DNA from: an uncultured Amnibacterium sp. | GTDB lineage: Bacteria; Actinomycetota; Actinomycetes; Actinomycetales; Microbacteriaceae | Assembly (NCBI RefSeq): GCF_964245895.1 | Contig: NZ_CAXTOQ010000003.1 | Location: 3,187 to 67,186 of the forward strand | Direction of reading: 5' to 3' | DNA length: 64,000 nucleotides | In this document: positions 18,195 to 26,622 of the stretch, piece after piece | Layout of the letters: every line of letters starts with the position of its first letter | How positions within the stretch are numbered: the stretch's first letter is position 1 | Notes under the pieces: model-generated | Databases searched by the model: none | What the model saw: the letters and a program-made list of their open reading frames with translations, nothing else | Told to the model about the DNA's origin: nothing | Position numbers and translations under genes: made by a program

Positions 18195-18875
18195 TCACCC
18201 CTTCGCCCCCGGGTCCTCCTGCATCGCGCGGTCGGCCGACGCCACCGCGGCGCGCTCGAACCGGTCGCCCGGATCGCTGACGCTGACGCCGTCGCCCGTC
18301 GGGGTCCCGTCGACGGGACCGGAGCGCTGCTGGACCACGTGGGTCAGCTCGTGCGCGAGCGTGTGGCGGCCCTGATCGGAGGAGGGGTCGTACCGGCCGT
18401 TCTGGAAGACGACGTCGGATCCGACCGTGTAGGCGCTCGCCCCGACGGACGTCGCCGACTCGTGAGCGTCCGCGCCCGTGTGCACGCGCACGTCCCCGAA
18501 GTCGGAACCGAGCCGCCGCTCCATGTCGCCACGCACCGGCGAAGGCAGCGGCGATCCGCTGCCGCTCCGCAGCAGGCTGAGGACGGGCGACTCCTCCTCC
18601 CGCTGCACCGCCTCGGGCGAGCCGCTGTCGCTCCGGAGGCGGCTCATCTGCAGCTCCTCCTCCTCTTCCGGCTGCTCCTCCCGCTGCACGACCTCGGCGG
18701 TCGCCGCGTTGCCGACGGCGCGCTGCAGGGCGAGCACACCGTGCGGGCTCACATGTCCGGCGGCCGCGAGCTGCAGCGCCTCCGCCGCCTGGGCGGTGGA
18801 CGCGCCGGTCCTGGAGGGCCGGCCGAGCTCCTCCGCCGACTCCCGCTCGTCGCGGTGCTGCCGCTCCATCGCCAT
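18195..18875 (-). CDS. DUF4157 (eCIS core domain) protein, HExxH motif, no C-terminal toxin domain
   Basis: GSPLPSPVRGDMERRLGSDFGDVRVHTG..AYTVGSDVVF..LAHELTHVVQQ; start MAMERQ. Confidence 0.9.
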   Translation of the reverse strand: MAMERQHRDERESAEELGRPSRTGASTAQAAEALQLAAAGHVSPHGVLALQRAVGNAATAEVVQREEQPEEEEELQMSRLRSDSGSPEAVQREEESPVLSLLRSGSGSPLPSPVRGDMERRLGSDFGDVRVHTGADAHESATSVGASAYTVGSDVVFQNGRYDPSSDQGRHTLAHELTHVVQQRSGPVDGTPTGDGVSVSDPGDRFERAAVASADRAMQEDPGAKG

Positions 18876-18892
18876 GTCCCCGGTCCACCTCC

Positions 18893-20989
18893 TCAGCCCT
18901 GCGCCGCGAGTCCGCTCGAGGGCCGCTCCGGCGCGATCAGATCCCAGTATCGACCGAACTCGCCCTCCAGCGTCAGGCGGCCGAGCTTGCGGTACTCGCG
19001 CTGCACCCCGCCGATCAGGTGCCGCATCGCGACGGGCTCGTCGCCGGCCGCTGCGAGGTACGCGCTCGTGACCGCGGCGGAGCGGATGGCCCCTCCCGAC
19101 AGCTCGAAGGACGCGCCGAGGAACGTCAGATCCAAGTCGTCGCCGCGGGGCACGCCGCGGGCGAGCGAGATGTCCCACAGGCGCGAGCGGTGCGCCGCGT
19201 CGGGCATCGGGAAGTCGATGAGCACGTCCAGTCTGCGGAGGAACGCGTCGTCGATGTTCGCCCGCAGGTTCGTCGCCAGGATCGCGAGTCCGTCGAACGA
19301 CTCGATCCGCTGCAGCAGGTAGGCGCTCTCGATGTTCGCGTACCGGTCGTGGGCGTCCTTCACGTCGCTGCGCTTGCCGAACACCGAGTCCGCCTCGTCG
19401 AACAGCAGCACCGCGTTCGTCCGATCCGCCGCGGTGAAGATTCGGTCGAGGTTCTTCTCCGTCTCGCCGATGTACTTGTCGACGACCGACGCCAGATCGA
19501 TGACGTACAGGTCCAGCTCGAGCTGCCGCGCGACCACCTCCGCCGCCATCGTCTTGCCGGTGCCCGAGTCGCCGGCGAACAGGGCGACGACCCCGTGCCC
19601 GCGCCCACCGCCCGGCCGCATCCGCCAGTCGCCGAGCACCCGTTCCCGGTACCGGGCCCGGATCTCGAGCTCGTGCAGCGCGGACAGCGCCGTCGCCGGC
19701 AGCACCAGGTCGTCCCAGCCGACCGCGGGCTGGACCCGCCGGGCGAGCCGGTCCATCGCCGCGCCGTTCTGCGCCCGCGCGCCGGCGGCGAGGTGCGCCT
19801 CCGTCACGACCCCCTGCTCGGACGCGGCCGCCTGCCGCACCGCGGACCGCGCCGCCATCCGGATCTGGCCCGGATCGAGCCGGAACTGGGCGGTCGCGGC
19901 GCCCACCGGCAGGTCCCCGGCGGATCCGCCGAGCTCCTGCTGCCACAGCGTCGTCCGGTCCGCCGCGCCGGCGTCGACGCCGTCGACGACCAGCACCGGA
20001 TCACGGACCCAGTCCGGGTCCCACGGGCCGTGCCCGACGAAGACGGTCGGCAGGTCGCCGGCGCAGAGCGCCTGCAGGCAGAGCTCCTGCAACACGGCCG
20101 GGTCGGGAGCGGGCACGGGATGCGCGACGAGCCCGCGACCGGAGAGCAGGGCCTCGCGGGCGACGATCCGCGCGGTCCGCCTGGCCTCCTCCCGGGTGCC
20201 CGTCGACATCGCCGCCAGGTCGACCGTGAGCGCGCCGAAGCCCGCCTGCCCCAGCGCGGTGGCCGCGAGCCCGACGGAGGAGGAGAGCGACGACTCGCGC
20301 AGGTAGAGCAGCCGCGCGCCCGCCCGCACCGCCCGCACCACCGCCGTCGTGCTGCCCCAGGCGATCGCCGGCTCCTCGGTCAGCGCCGGCGTCGCCGCCG
20401 GGTCCGGGGCGTTGTCGCCCAGGAGGTGCGCGACCACCCGATCCGGCACGGTCAGCGCCCGGCTCGGCAGCGGCCGATCCGCGTCGTCCACGGTCAGCAG
20501 CAGGCCTGTCACGAGCGGCCCGTGGAGCAGGCGCCCGCGCGCGGAGGCGGAGGCGAGCGACGCGCCGGCGAGCTCGAGCGCCAGCCCGATCGAGGGCCGC
20601 CGGCGGGTGACGTCGTCGTTCAGGTAGCCGAACAGGGGCTCGAAGCGCGGATCGAGGTCGGCCGCGAGCGCGATGAGCAGCAGCTCGACGTCCAGCGCGC
20701 CGAGGTGGAACCGCCGGGTCAGATCGCGCAGCCGCAGGCGCTCCCCCGCCGCCTCCGCCTCGTCCGCGCGCCGCTCGCAGTCCTGCAGCATCGGCTGCAC
20801 CGCGGAGGCCGGACTCGTGCCGCGCTCGCCCGCCAGCAGCCGGTCGGCCATCGCGTCCGTGATGTACAGGCCCCGGAACGGGTCGTCCGGCTGAGGATCC
20901 GACGCCCGACGCGACGCGATCAGCCGCCGCACCCGGTCCTCCACGACGCCGACCCGGGCGAGGAGGTGCGTGGTGCTCGCGTCGCTCAT
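18893..20989 (-). CDS. CIS AAA+ ATPase (Afp15/Pvc15-like)
   Basis: Start MSDASTTHLLAR; Walker A GDSGTGKT, VVDKYIGETEKNL, Walker B LLFDEAD, ATNLRANIDDAFLRR. Confidence 0.93.
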   Translation of the reverse strand: MSDASTTHLLARVGVVEDRVRRLIASRRASDPQPDDPFRGLYITDAMADRLLAGERGTSPASAVQPMLQDCERRADEAEAAGERLRLRDLTRRFHLGALDVELLLIALAADLDPRFEPLFGYLNDDVTRRRPSIGLALELAGASLASASARGRLLHGPLVTGLLLTVDDADRPLPSRALTVPDRVVAHLLGDNAPDPAATPALTEEPAIAWGSTTAVVRAVRAGARLLYLRESSLSSSVGLAATALGQAGFGALTVDLAAMSTGTREEARRTARIVAREALLSGRGLVAHPVPAPDPAVLQELCLQALCAGDLPTVFVGHGPWDPDWVRDPVLVVDGVDAGAADRTTLWQQELGGSAGDLPVGAATAQFRLDPGQIRMAARSAVRQAAASEQGVVTEAHLAAGARAQNGAAMDRLARRVQPAVGWDDLVLPATALSALHELEIRARYRERVLGDWRMRPGGGRGHGVVALFAGDSGTGKTMAAEVVARQLELDLYVIDLASVVDKYIGETEKNLDRIFTAADRTNAVLLFDEADSVFGKRSDVKDAHDRYANIESAYLLQRIESFDGLAILATNLRANIDDAFLRRLDVLIDFPMPDAAHRSRLWDISLARGVPRGDDLDLTFLGASFELSGGAIRSAAVTSAYLAAAGDEPVAMRHLIGGVQREYRKLGRLTLEGEFGRYWDLIAPERPSSGLAAQG

Positions 20990-21603
20990 CTCGCCCGCCG
21001 TACGGGTCGTTCGAGTCGTTCGACGACGGACCCGTCGAAGGTCCGGATCTCGGGAACGGGCCGGCTCAGGACCGGCGGTCCGAGCGCGAGGGCGACGTCG
21101 GCGAGCGCCGGCGCGATGACGACGAGGTCCAGCGACGGCTTCAGCTCGCCGCCGAGCGACGACCAGACGTCGGCGAAGGCGCGGTCCTCGGGAGGCGGCA
21201 GCGCGATGCTCACCGGCACCGGGCTGGCGATGTCCGCGAGCGACCCGGTCAGGGTCTCGGGCGGCAGCGCGTCCAGCCGGTCGAACGAGGTCAGCATCCG
21301 GTCGAGCAGGCGGTGCTCGTCCTCCGGCCGCTGCACCCACGCGGTGAGCAGGTAGGACAGCTTGAAGTAGCGGGCCGGTCGGCTCCTCGTGCGGACCGTG
21401 CCGTCGTCGCTGCGCCGCTCGACGACGCCGTTCTCCCGCCGGCGGACGTCCTCGCGGATGTCGTAGAGGAACGCGTCGATGGTCGGGCCGCTCCGTCGCG
21501 CCGCCCAGTCCGTCGTCGGCGCATCGAAGGCCAGCTCGACCTCGCCGTGACCGAGGACGGCCCCCAGCACCTGCTTGATGGACTCGTCGACCTCCGTGAT
21601 CAC
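20986..21603 (-). CDS. DUF4255 (Pvc16/Afp16-like tail terminator) protein
   Basis: AFDAPTTDWAARRSGPTIDAFLYDIRED, YLLTAW..PEDEHRLL, GELKPSLDLV motifs. Confidence 0.9.
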   Translation of the reverse strand: MITEVDESIKQVLGAVLGHGEVELAFDAPTTDWAARRSGPTIDAFLYDIREDVRRRENGVVERRSDDGTVRTRSRPARYFKLSYLLTAWVQRPEDEHRLLDRMLTSFDRLDALPPETLTGSLADIASPVPVSIALPPPEDRAFADVWSSLGGELKPSLDLVVIAPALADVALALGPPVLSRPVPEIRTFDGSVVERLERPVRRAR

Positions 21604-21610
21604 CGCGGCC

Positions 21611-22435
21611 TCACCCTCCCCCGGACGAGCCCGGCACGACGAGCAGGGGGGCCCGCGCCGTCGTCGGCGTCGGTGCGGCCGCGCCGTCGGTCCCGCCCGC
21701 GACGAGCAGCGTCCTCGGCCCGAGGGGGTCGAACTGCAGGATCGGGAAGGAGGCGTCGATCACCCCGCCGACCGCGCGGAACGGGCCGACGGGCGCGACG
21801 CCCTGACTCCACGACAGCCGGTAGTCGCCGTCCGTCGGCAGGCCGCTCACCACGACGCGGACGACCCCGCCCGGTGCCACCACCTCGGGCGAGTAGGTCA
21901 CGGCGAACCCGGGGCCGACCGACAGCACCGCGGTCTCGGTGGGCCCGACGTCGACCGCGGGCGAGAACTCGGCCTCGTCCGCGTCCCGGTGCTCGGTGAT
22001 CGCGGCCTGGACCTCGGCGTCCGCGGAGCCGGCCGCGACGTCGACGGAGAAGGTGACGGTCGAGACCAGGCCCGGCTCGCCGCGCAGCAGGCACACCCCC
22101 TCCGCCACGTCGGTGCACCCCGTGAGCGCCCCCGGGACGACGGTCGCGCCACCGGTGCCGGTGAGGTCGACGCCCACCCCCTCCTCCGCGACCGAGAGGG
22201 GCAGGGCCGGATCGACCGGCACCGCCGCGGTCCCGTCCGCCTGCGGCCGGTCGACGGTGAGGGTGACCGTCACCGTGCCGCCCGCGGCCGGGGTCGGCGC
22301 GTCGCGCGACAGGGTGAGCCGGTAGGGGGTGCCCCCGCCGACCGCAGCCGGGACCGCGGGGGCGCGTGGGGCCGGGGCGGCTGCGATCACCGGGACCAGC
22401 AGCAGCGCAGCCGCGGCGACCGCCCGGATGTGCAC
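21611..22435 (-). CDS. Putative secreted protein with Ig-like beta domains
   Basis: Signal-peptide-like start MHIRAVAAAALLLVPVIAA; Val/Thr/Gly-rich beta strands; ends PLLVVPGS; leads the DUF4255-ATPase run. Confidence 0.55.
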   Translation of the reverse strand: MHIRAVAAAALLLVPVIAAAPAPRAPAVPAAVGGGTPYRLTLSRDAPTPAAGGTVTVTLTVDRPQADGTAAVPVDPALPLSVAEEGVGVDLTGTGGATVVPGALTGCTDVAEGVCLLRGEPGLVSTVTFSVDVAAGSADAEVQAAITEHRDADEAEFSPAVDVGPTETAVLSVGPGFAVTYSPEVVAPGGVVRVVVSGLPTDGDYRLSWSQGVAPVGPFRAVGGVIDASFPILQFDPLGPRTLLVAGGTDGAAAPTPTTARAPLLVVPGSSGGG

Positions 22436-22508
22436 ACGCCACCACCCTCCTGCGATCGACCGTGGCCGCCGCCGGTCCGCCGGTCACGACCGACGGAGGC
22501 AGACCGAA

Positions 22509-22525
22509 GGGCAGCGGCCGTGCCC
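22509..22525. promoter_or_regulatory. GGGCA-N7-TGCCC palindrome (perfect)
   Basis: GGGCA GCGGCCG TGCCC between the LuxR stop and the next gene start. Confidence 0.5.
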
Positions 22526-22532
22526 GATGGCG

Positions 22533-23162
22533 TCAGATCAGGCCCTCGCGCAGCGCGAACGCGACGGCGTGCGACCGGTTGCGCAGCTGCAGCCTCGTCG
22601 TCACGTCGTGCAGCACGTTCTTCACGGTCCGTTCGGAGTACGCGAGCTTCGCCGCGATCTCGCCCGTGTCGTAGCCGTCGGCCACCAGGCGCAGGACGTC
22701 GATCTCGCGCGGCGCGAGCTTCCGCATGCCGAGCCCGGTCGGGTCGAGCAGGGTGCGCTGCAGCCGACCGACCTGCCCGAGCAGCCGCCCCAGCAGGTCG
22801 GGCGGCAGGCTCCCCTCCCCGGCGGCCGCCGCCCGGATGCAGGCGACGAGGCGATCCGAGCTCGCCTCGCTGCGGCGCAGCACCCCCACGACGCCGCACT
22901 CGATCGCGATGATCAGGTCCTCGTCGTGGAGGGTGGTGCAGACGAGCACGACCCGGCTCTCCGCGGTCCGCTGCAGGGAGCGGAGGCGGGTCACCGTCGC
23001 CTCGTCCAGGGTGTCGGTCACGACCAGCACGACGACCGCGGCGTCGTCGGCCTGGTCCAGCCGGATCTCGGAGCGGTGCCGCAGCTGGGATCGGACCCCC
23101 GCTTCGGAGATCGGGTCGGTCGCCTGCACGGCGACGCTCGGGCGGTACGCGGTGGTCAGCAT
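22533..23162 (-). CDS. LuxR/NarL-type regulator with atypical receiver-like N-terminus
   Basis: Start MLTTAYRPS; LAPREIDVLRLVADGYDTGEIAAKLAYSERTVKNVLH..NRSHAVAFALREGLI. Confidence 0.9.
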   Translation of the reverse strand: MLTTAYRPSVAVQATDPISEAGVRSQLRHRSEIRLDQADDAAVVVLVVTDTLDEATVTRLRSLQRTAESRVVLVCTTLHDEDLIIAIECGVVGVLRRSEASSDRLVACIRAAAAGEGSLPPDLLGRLLGQVGRLQRTLLDPTGLGMRKLAPREIDVLRLVADGYDTGEIAAKLAYSERTVKNVLHDVTTRLQLRNRSHAVAFALREGLI

Positions 23163-23234
23163 CGGCGGTCCTCTCGGGGCGGGTCGCCCCAGGCTGGAGC
23201 ACGGTGCTCTTCGTGCAATCAACATCCGCTCAAC

Positions 23235-23251
23235 GGGCAACCCGGCTGCCC
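23235..23251. promoter_or_regulatory. GGGCA-N7-TGCCC palindrome (perfect)
   Basis: GGGCA ACCCGGC TGCCC in the divergent LuxR / Ig-protein intergenic region. Confidence 0.5.
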
Positions 23252-23306
23252 CGCGGGGAGACCGGGCAGGCGACCCCGGAGGCGGGGCCCGCCGTACGGT
23301 CGGCCC

Positions 23307-24563
23307 GTGACAGCCGCGACGATCACGCCCGCGTCGATCGACGTCACGCCCGGGCTCGTCGCCGTCGCGACCATCGCGATCGTGAACGACGGCTCCGTCG
23401 TCGAGGCCTACACGCTGACGGTGCTCGGCCAGTGCGCGGCCTGGACGACCCTCGCGCCGCAGACGGTCTCGGTCTACCCGGGCGAGACCGGCTCGGTGAC
23501 GGTCACCATCACGCCGCCCCGCAAGCCCGCGCCGCAGGCAGGCAGGATCCCCTTCGCCGTGCGGGTGCTGCCGGCCGAGCACCCCGAGTCGGCGACCGTC
23601 CCCGAGGCCGCGGTGGTCGTCGCGCCGGTCGCCGAGACGATCCTGGAGCTCCTGCCGCGGATGTCCACCGGCACGATGCGGCCGGACGTGCGGCTCGGCA
23701 TCGAGAACCGCGGCAACGCTGTGCAGCGGGTCGTGATCACGGGAAAGCCGCAGACGGACGGCATCACCGCGGCGCCCTTGCAGCCCGAGGTCCAGCTGGC
23801 ACCTGGCGGTATGACGTTCGTCGACCTCGACATCCGCGCGGTCAAGCGGGTGTGGCGCGGCGCGCCGATGATCCACCCGTTCTCGGTGACGGTCGAGCCG
23901 GACGGCGGCCAGATCGCCGCGGTGGATGGGACCTTCCGGCAGAACCCGGTGCTCCCGTCGTGGTTCGGGAAGGCGGTCGTCGCGACGATCGTCGCGATCG
24001 GCGCGCTCGTCGCGCTCTGGTTCGCGCTGCTCAAACCGCAGGTCGAGTCCGCGGCCGTCGCGGCGGTCGACCAGCCGCTCGCCTCCGCCAACACCGCCGC
24101 GCAGCAGGCGCAGCAGAACTCGAACCAGGCGCTGCAGGCCGTCGGGCAGACTCCCTCCCCCCTCCCCGGCCAGCTCGCCGGCAAGCCGACCGTGAGCACC
24201 CCGACCTCGCTTCGCCTGCAGATCGACGTGCCGACCGGTCAGACCAGGACGAGCGATCCCTACACGGTCGCACCCGACGCGACGCTGTCGATCACGGACG
24301 TGATCCTGCAGAACCGCCAGGGGGACGCGGGCGTGCTTGACATCCGCGTGAACGAGCAGATCGTGCTCACGTTCGGGACGGAGAACTACCGCGATCTCGA
24401 CCTGCACTTCTCGACCCCGATCCAGGTCGCCTCGGGCGAGAAGCTCACGATCGACCAGACCTGCCGCGCACCCGGGCAGCCGCCGGCGCTCGATCCCCCT
24501 CCCGACTCCTGCGACGTGAGCGCGCTGTTCTCCGGCACGACGGTCGCGCCGGTGCAGGGCTGA
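23307..24563 (+). CDS. CIS-associated membrane protein: N-terminal Ig-like (COG1470-like) domains, one TM helix, C-terminal beta domain
   Basis: GTG start VTAATITP; NDGSVVEAY..W..LAPQTVSVYPG, IPFAVRVLP, ENRGN motifs; TM WFGKAVVATIVAIGALVALWFALL. Confidence 0.75.
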   Translation: MTAATITPASIDVTPGLVAVATIAIVNDGSVVEAYTLTVLGQCAAWTTLAPQTVSVYPGETGSVTVTITPPRKPAPQAGRIPFAVRVLPAEHPESATVPEAAVVVAPVAETILELLPRMSTGTMRPDVRLGIENRGNAVQRVVITGKPQTDGITAAPLQPEVQLAPGGMTFVDLDIRAVKRVWRGAPMIHPFSVTVEPDGGQIAAVDGTFRQNPVLPSWFGKAVVATIVAIGALVALWFALLKPQVESAAVAAVDQPLASANTAAQQAQQNSNQALQAVGQTPSPLPGQLAGKPTVSTPTSLRLQIDVPTGQTRTSDPYTVAPDATLSITDVILQNRQGDAGVLDIRVNEQIVLTFGTENYRDLDLHFSTPIQVASGEKLTIDQTCRAPGQPPALDPPPDSCDVSALFSGTTVAPVQG

Positions 24564-24564
24564 G

Positions 24565-24879
24565 ATGCCGGCGGGCCCCGCGCTGCGCGCCGGCGACATG
24601 GCGATGTGCCCGATGGTCGACGGGGTCACACCGCACGTCGGCGGCGCGGTGACGCCGGCGACGACCGTGCCGACGGTCCTGATCGGCGGGACCCCCGCCG
24701 CCGTGTCGGGCATCCCGGCGGGGATCGTGTGCGCCTCCCCCGCGCCGAACGGGATCGCGATGGGCAGCGTGACCGTGCTGATCGGCGGCATGCCCGCGGC
24801 GCGCGTCGGCGACCTGTCGATGCACGGCGTCCCGATCACGCCCGGGCCCGGGTGCCCGACCGTGATCATCGGAGGATGA
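24565..24879 (+). CDS. PAAR-domain spike tip protein
   Basis: ALRAGD..CP..PH, VLIGGTPAA, VLIGGMPAARVGD, GCPTVIIGG. Confidence 0.9.
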   Translation: MPAGPALRAGDMAMCPMVDGVTPHVGGAVTPATTVPTVLIGGTPAAVSGIPAGIVCASPAPNGIAMGSVTVLIGGMPAARVGDLSMHGVPITPGPGCPTVIIGG

Positions 24880-25044
24880 GCGCCGGCCGCTCGGGCCGCC
24901 GCTCGGCGCGCCTGCCCGAAGGGGCAGGCGGGGTCGCGCGCCCCCGATGCGGAGGCTATGTTCCGACCGTGTCCGCTGCGCGATCCGCGCCCGGGGGTGC
25001 CGCCCCGCTCCTCGGCGTGAGCGATCGTACGGAAGGGCCGGCCG

Positions 25045-26586
25045 ATGGCCGCCGCTGAGACGGGGGACCGCGCCGACACGGCCCTGCGCGCGCTCGAGCG
25101 GGGCAGGTCGAGCGCCGGGGACGCGATCGGCCGGGACCCGGCGCTCGCTCGCCGCGTGCTGGAGGAGCAGCTGCCGCAGGACCTCGCCGCGGTGTCCGTG
25201 CTCGTCGCCGCGGTCCGCGACGGCGTGCCGGACCGGTTGGCCGAGGACCTGCCCGGTCAGCCCGCCGACCCCGTGCTGGCGCGGCTCGCCGACTCGCTCA
25301 CCACGCGCGAGTCGCTCGCTCCCGAACGGGCCAGATGGGCGGTCGCGGTCTGGGCGGTCGCGCTCGGGCTCGCGACGGCCGCGCCTCGCACCGCCACGGC
25401 CACGACGGCGGTGCAGGCGGCCGCGCCCGTCCGGCGCGATCCCTCGCCGCCGACCGCGCCGGTGCCGCCGCCGCGCGACGACCGGGGCGCCGTGCCTCCG
25501 GGACGCCGGCGCAGGCGCTCCTTCGTGCCGCTGATCATCGCGGGCGGCGTCGTCCTGGCCGTGATCGTCGTGGGAGGCGGGCTGCTGGTGCTGCGGCCGA
25601 CCGTCGCGCCGGCCTCGGTCGCGAAGCCGGTCAGGCCGTCGGCCGGCGGCTCGGCCACGCCGACCCCGACCCCGACTCCCCTGCCGGCGATCGTCGTCGC
25701 CGCCCACCGAGGGGGCGGCGAGCTCTACCCGCTCGAGACCGCGGAGGCGATGCTCGACGCGGCGAGACGGCCCGGTGTCGCCGTCGAGACCGACATGCGG
25801 TTCACCTCCGACGGCGTCCCGGTGCTCGTCCACGACCAGACCACCCCCGCGTACATGCCCTGCACCGGAGGGGTCTCCCGGCCGGTGATCGCGACCAAGA
25901 CCTACACGTGGCTGAGCGCCAACTGCCGCACGCTCGCATCGGCATCGCCGTCAGGTGGGCAGTACACGATTCCGAGGGTCGAGGACGTGGCGCGCCAGCT
26001 CTCCGCCATCGCCGGCGCGCAGTGGCTCCTCGAGATCAAGACGACCCTGACCCCGACGCAGGAGACCCGTCTCTTCGACATCCTCGCGAAGTACAAGATG
26101 GTCGACCGCACCGTGCTCACCTCCTTCTTCGCGCCCGAGATCGCGAAGGCGAGGGCCGAGTCGACGCGTCGCGGGCACGACATCCGGCTGATGCAGTTCG
26201 TGCAGAACACGGCGATGAGCGGGCAGAAGGCGGCGAACGACGGGTTGTGGGCGGTCGGCGTGCAGAGCCCCGCGGTCACCAAGGACTACGTCTCGGCGCT
26301 GCACGGTGAGGGCGTGAAGGCGGTCGTGTGGACGCCGAACACCCCGGCCGAGTGGCAGCGCGCCGAGACCGCGGGCGCCGATCTGGTGATCACCGACAAG
26401 CCCACCGCCTGGCTGACCTGGGAGGCCTCGGATCGCAAGTCGGCTCCCGCGGTCGCCAAGCCGCGCGCCGTGGTCCCCCGACCGGTCACGAGCAGGCCGG
26501 CCGTGGCGTCGCCGTCGGCATCGCCGTCGCCGTCCGCGGTGCTCACGCCGGTTCCGACTCCCACCCCGAGCCCGGCCGAGGGCTGA
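25045..26586 (+). CDS. Membrane-anchored glycerophosphodiester phosphodiesterase with unnamed N-terminal helical domain
   Basis: AHRGG..YPLET, ETDMRFTSDGVPVLVHD, LLEIK, VVWTPN, VITDKP; TM LIIAGGVVLAVIVVGGGLLVL; N-terminal domain ends ARWAVAVWAVALG. Confidence 0.85.
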   Translation: MAAAETGDRADTALRALERGRSSAGDAIGRDPALARRVLEEQLPQDLAAVSVLVAAVRDGVPDRLAEDLPGQPADPVLARLADSLTTRESLAPERARWAVAVWAVALGLATAAPRTATATTAVQAAAPVRRDPSPPTAPVPPPRDDRGAVPPGRRRRRSFVPLIIAGGVVLAVIVVGGGLLVLRPTVAPASVAKPVRPSAGGSATPTPTPTPLPAIVVAAHRGGGELYPLETAEAMLDAARRPGVAVETDMRFTSDGVPVLVHDQTTPAYMPCTGGVSRPVIATKTYTWLSANCRTLASASPSGGQYTIPRVEDVARQLSAIAGAQWLLEIKTTLTPTQETRLFDILAKYKMVDRTVLTSFFAPEIAKARAESTRRGHDIRLMQFVQNTAMSGQKAANDGLWAVGVQSPAVTKDYVSALHGEGVKAVVWTPNTPAEWQRAETAGADLVITDKPTAWLTWEASDRKSAPAVAKPRAVVPRPVTSRPAVASPSASPSPSAVLTPVPTPTPSPAEG

Positions 26587-26622
26587 CGCCCTCGCGACCC
26601 CTGCAGGCCGGTCGTCTCGCGC

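Noticed and set aside
3799-21603. Prophage or type VI secretion system interpretation of the tail genes
   Set aside because: No capsid, portal, terminase, integrase or lysis genes; single-gene sheath, DUF4255, DUF4157 and Afp15-like ATPase indicate a CIS; no TssJ/L/M, TssK or ClpV
24911-24928. CCTGCCC-GAAG-GGGCAGG as a fourth operator copy
   Set aside because: Half-sites are in the reverse arrangement with a 4-nt spacer; more likely a small hairpin after PAAR
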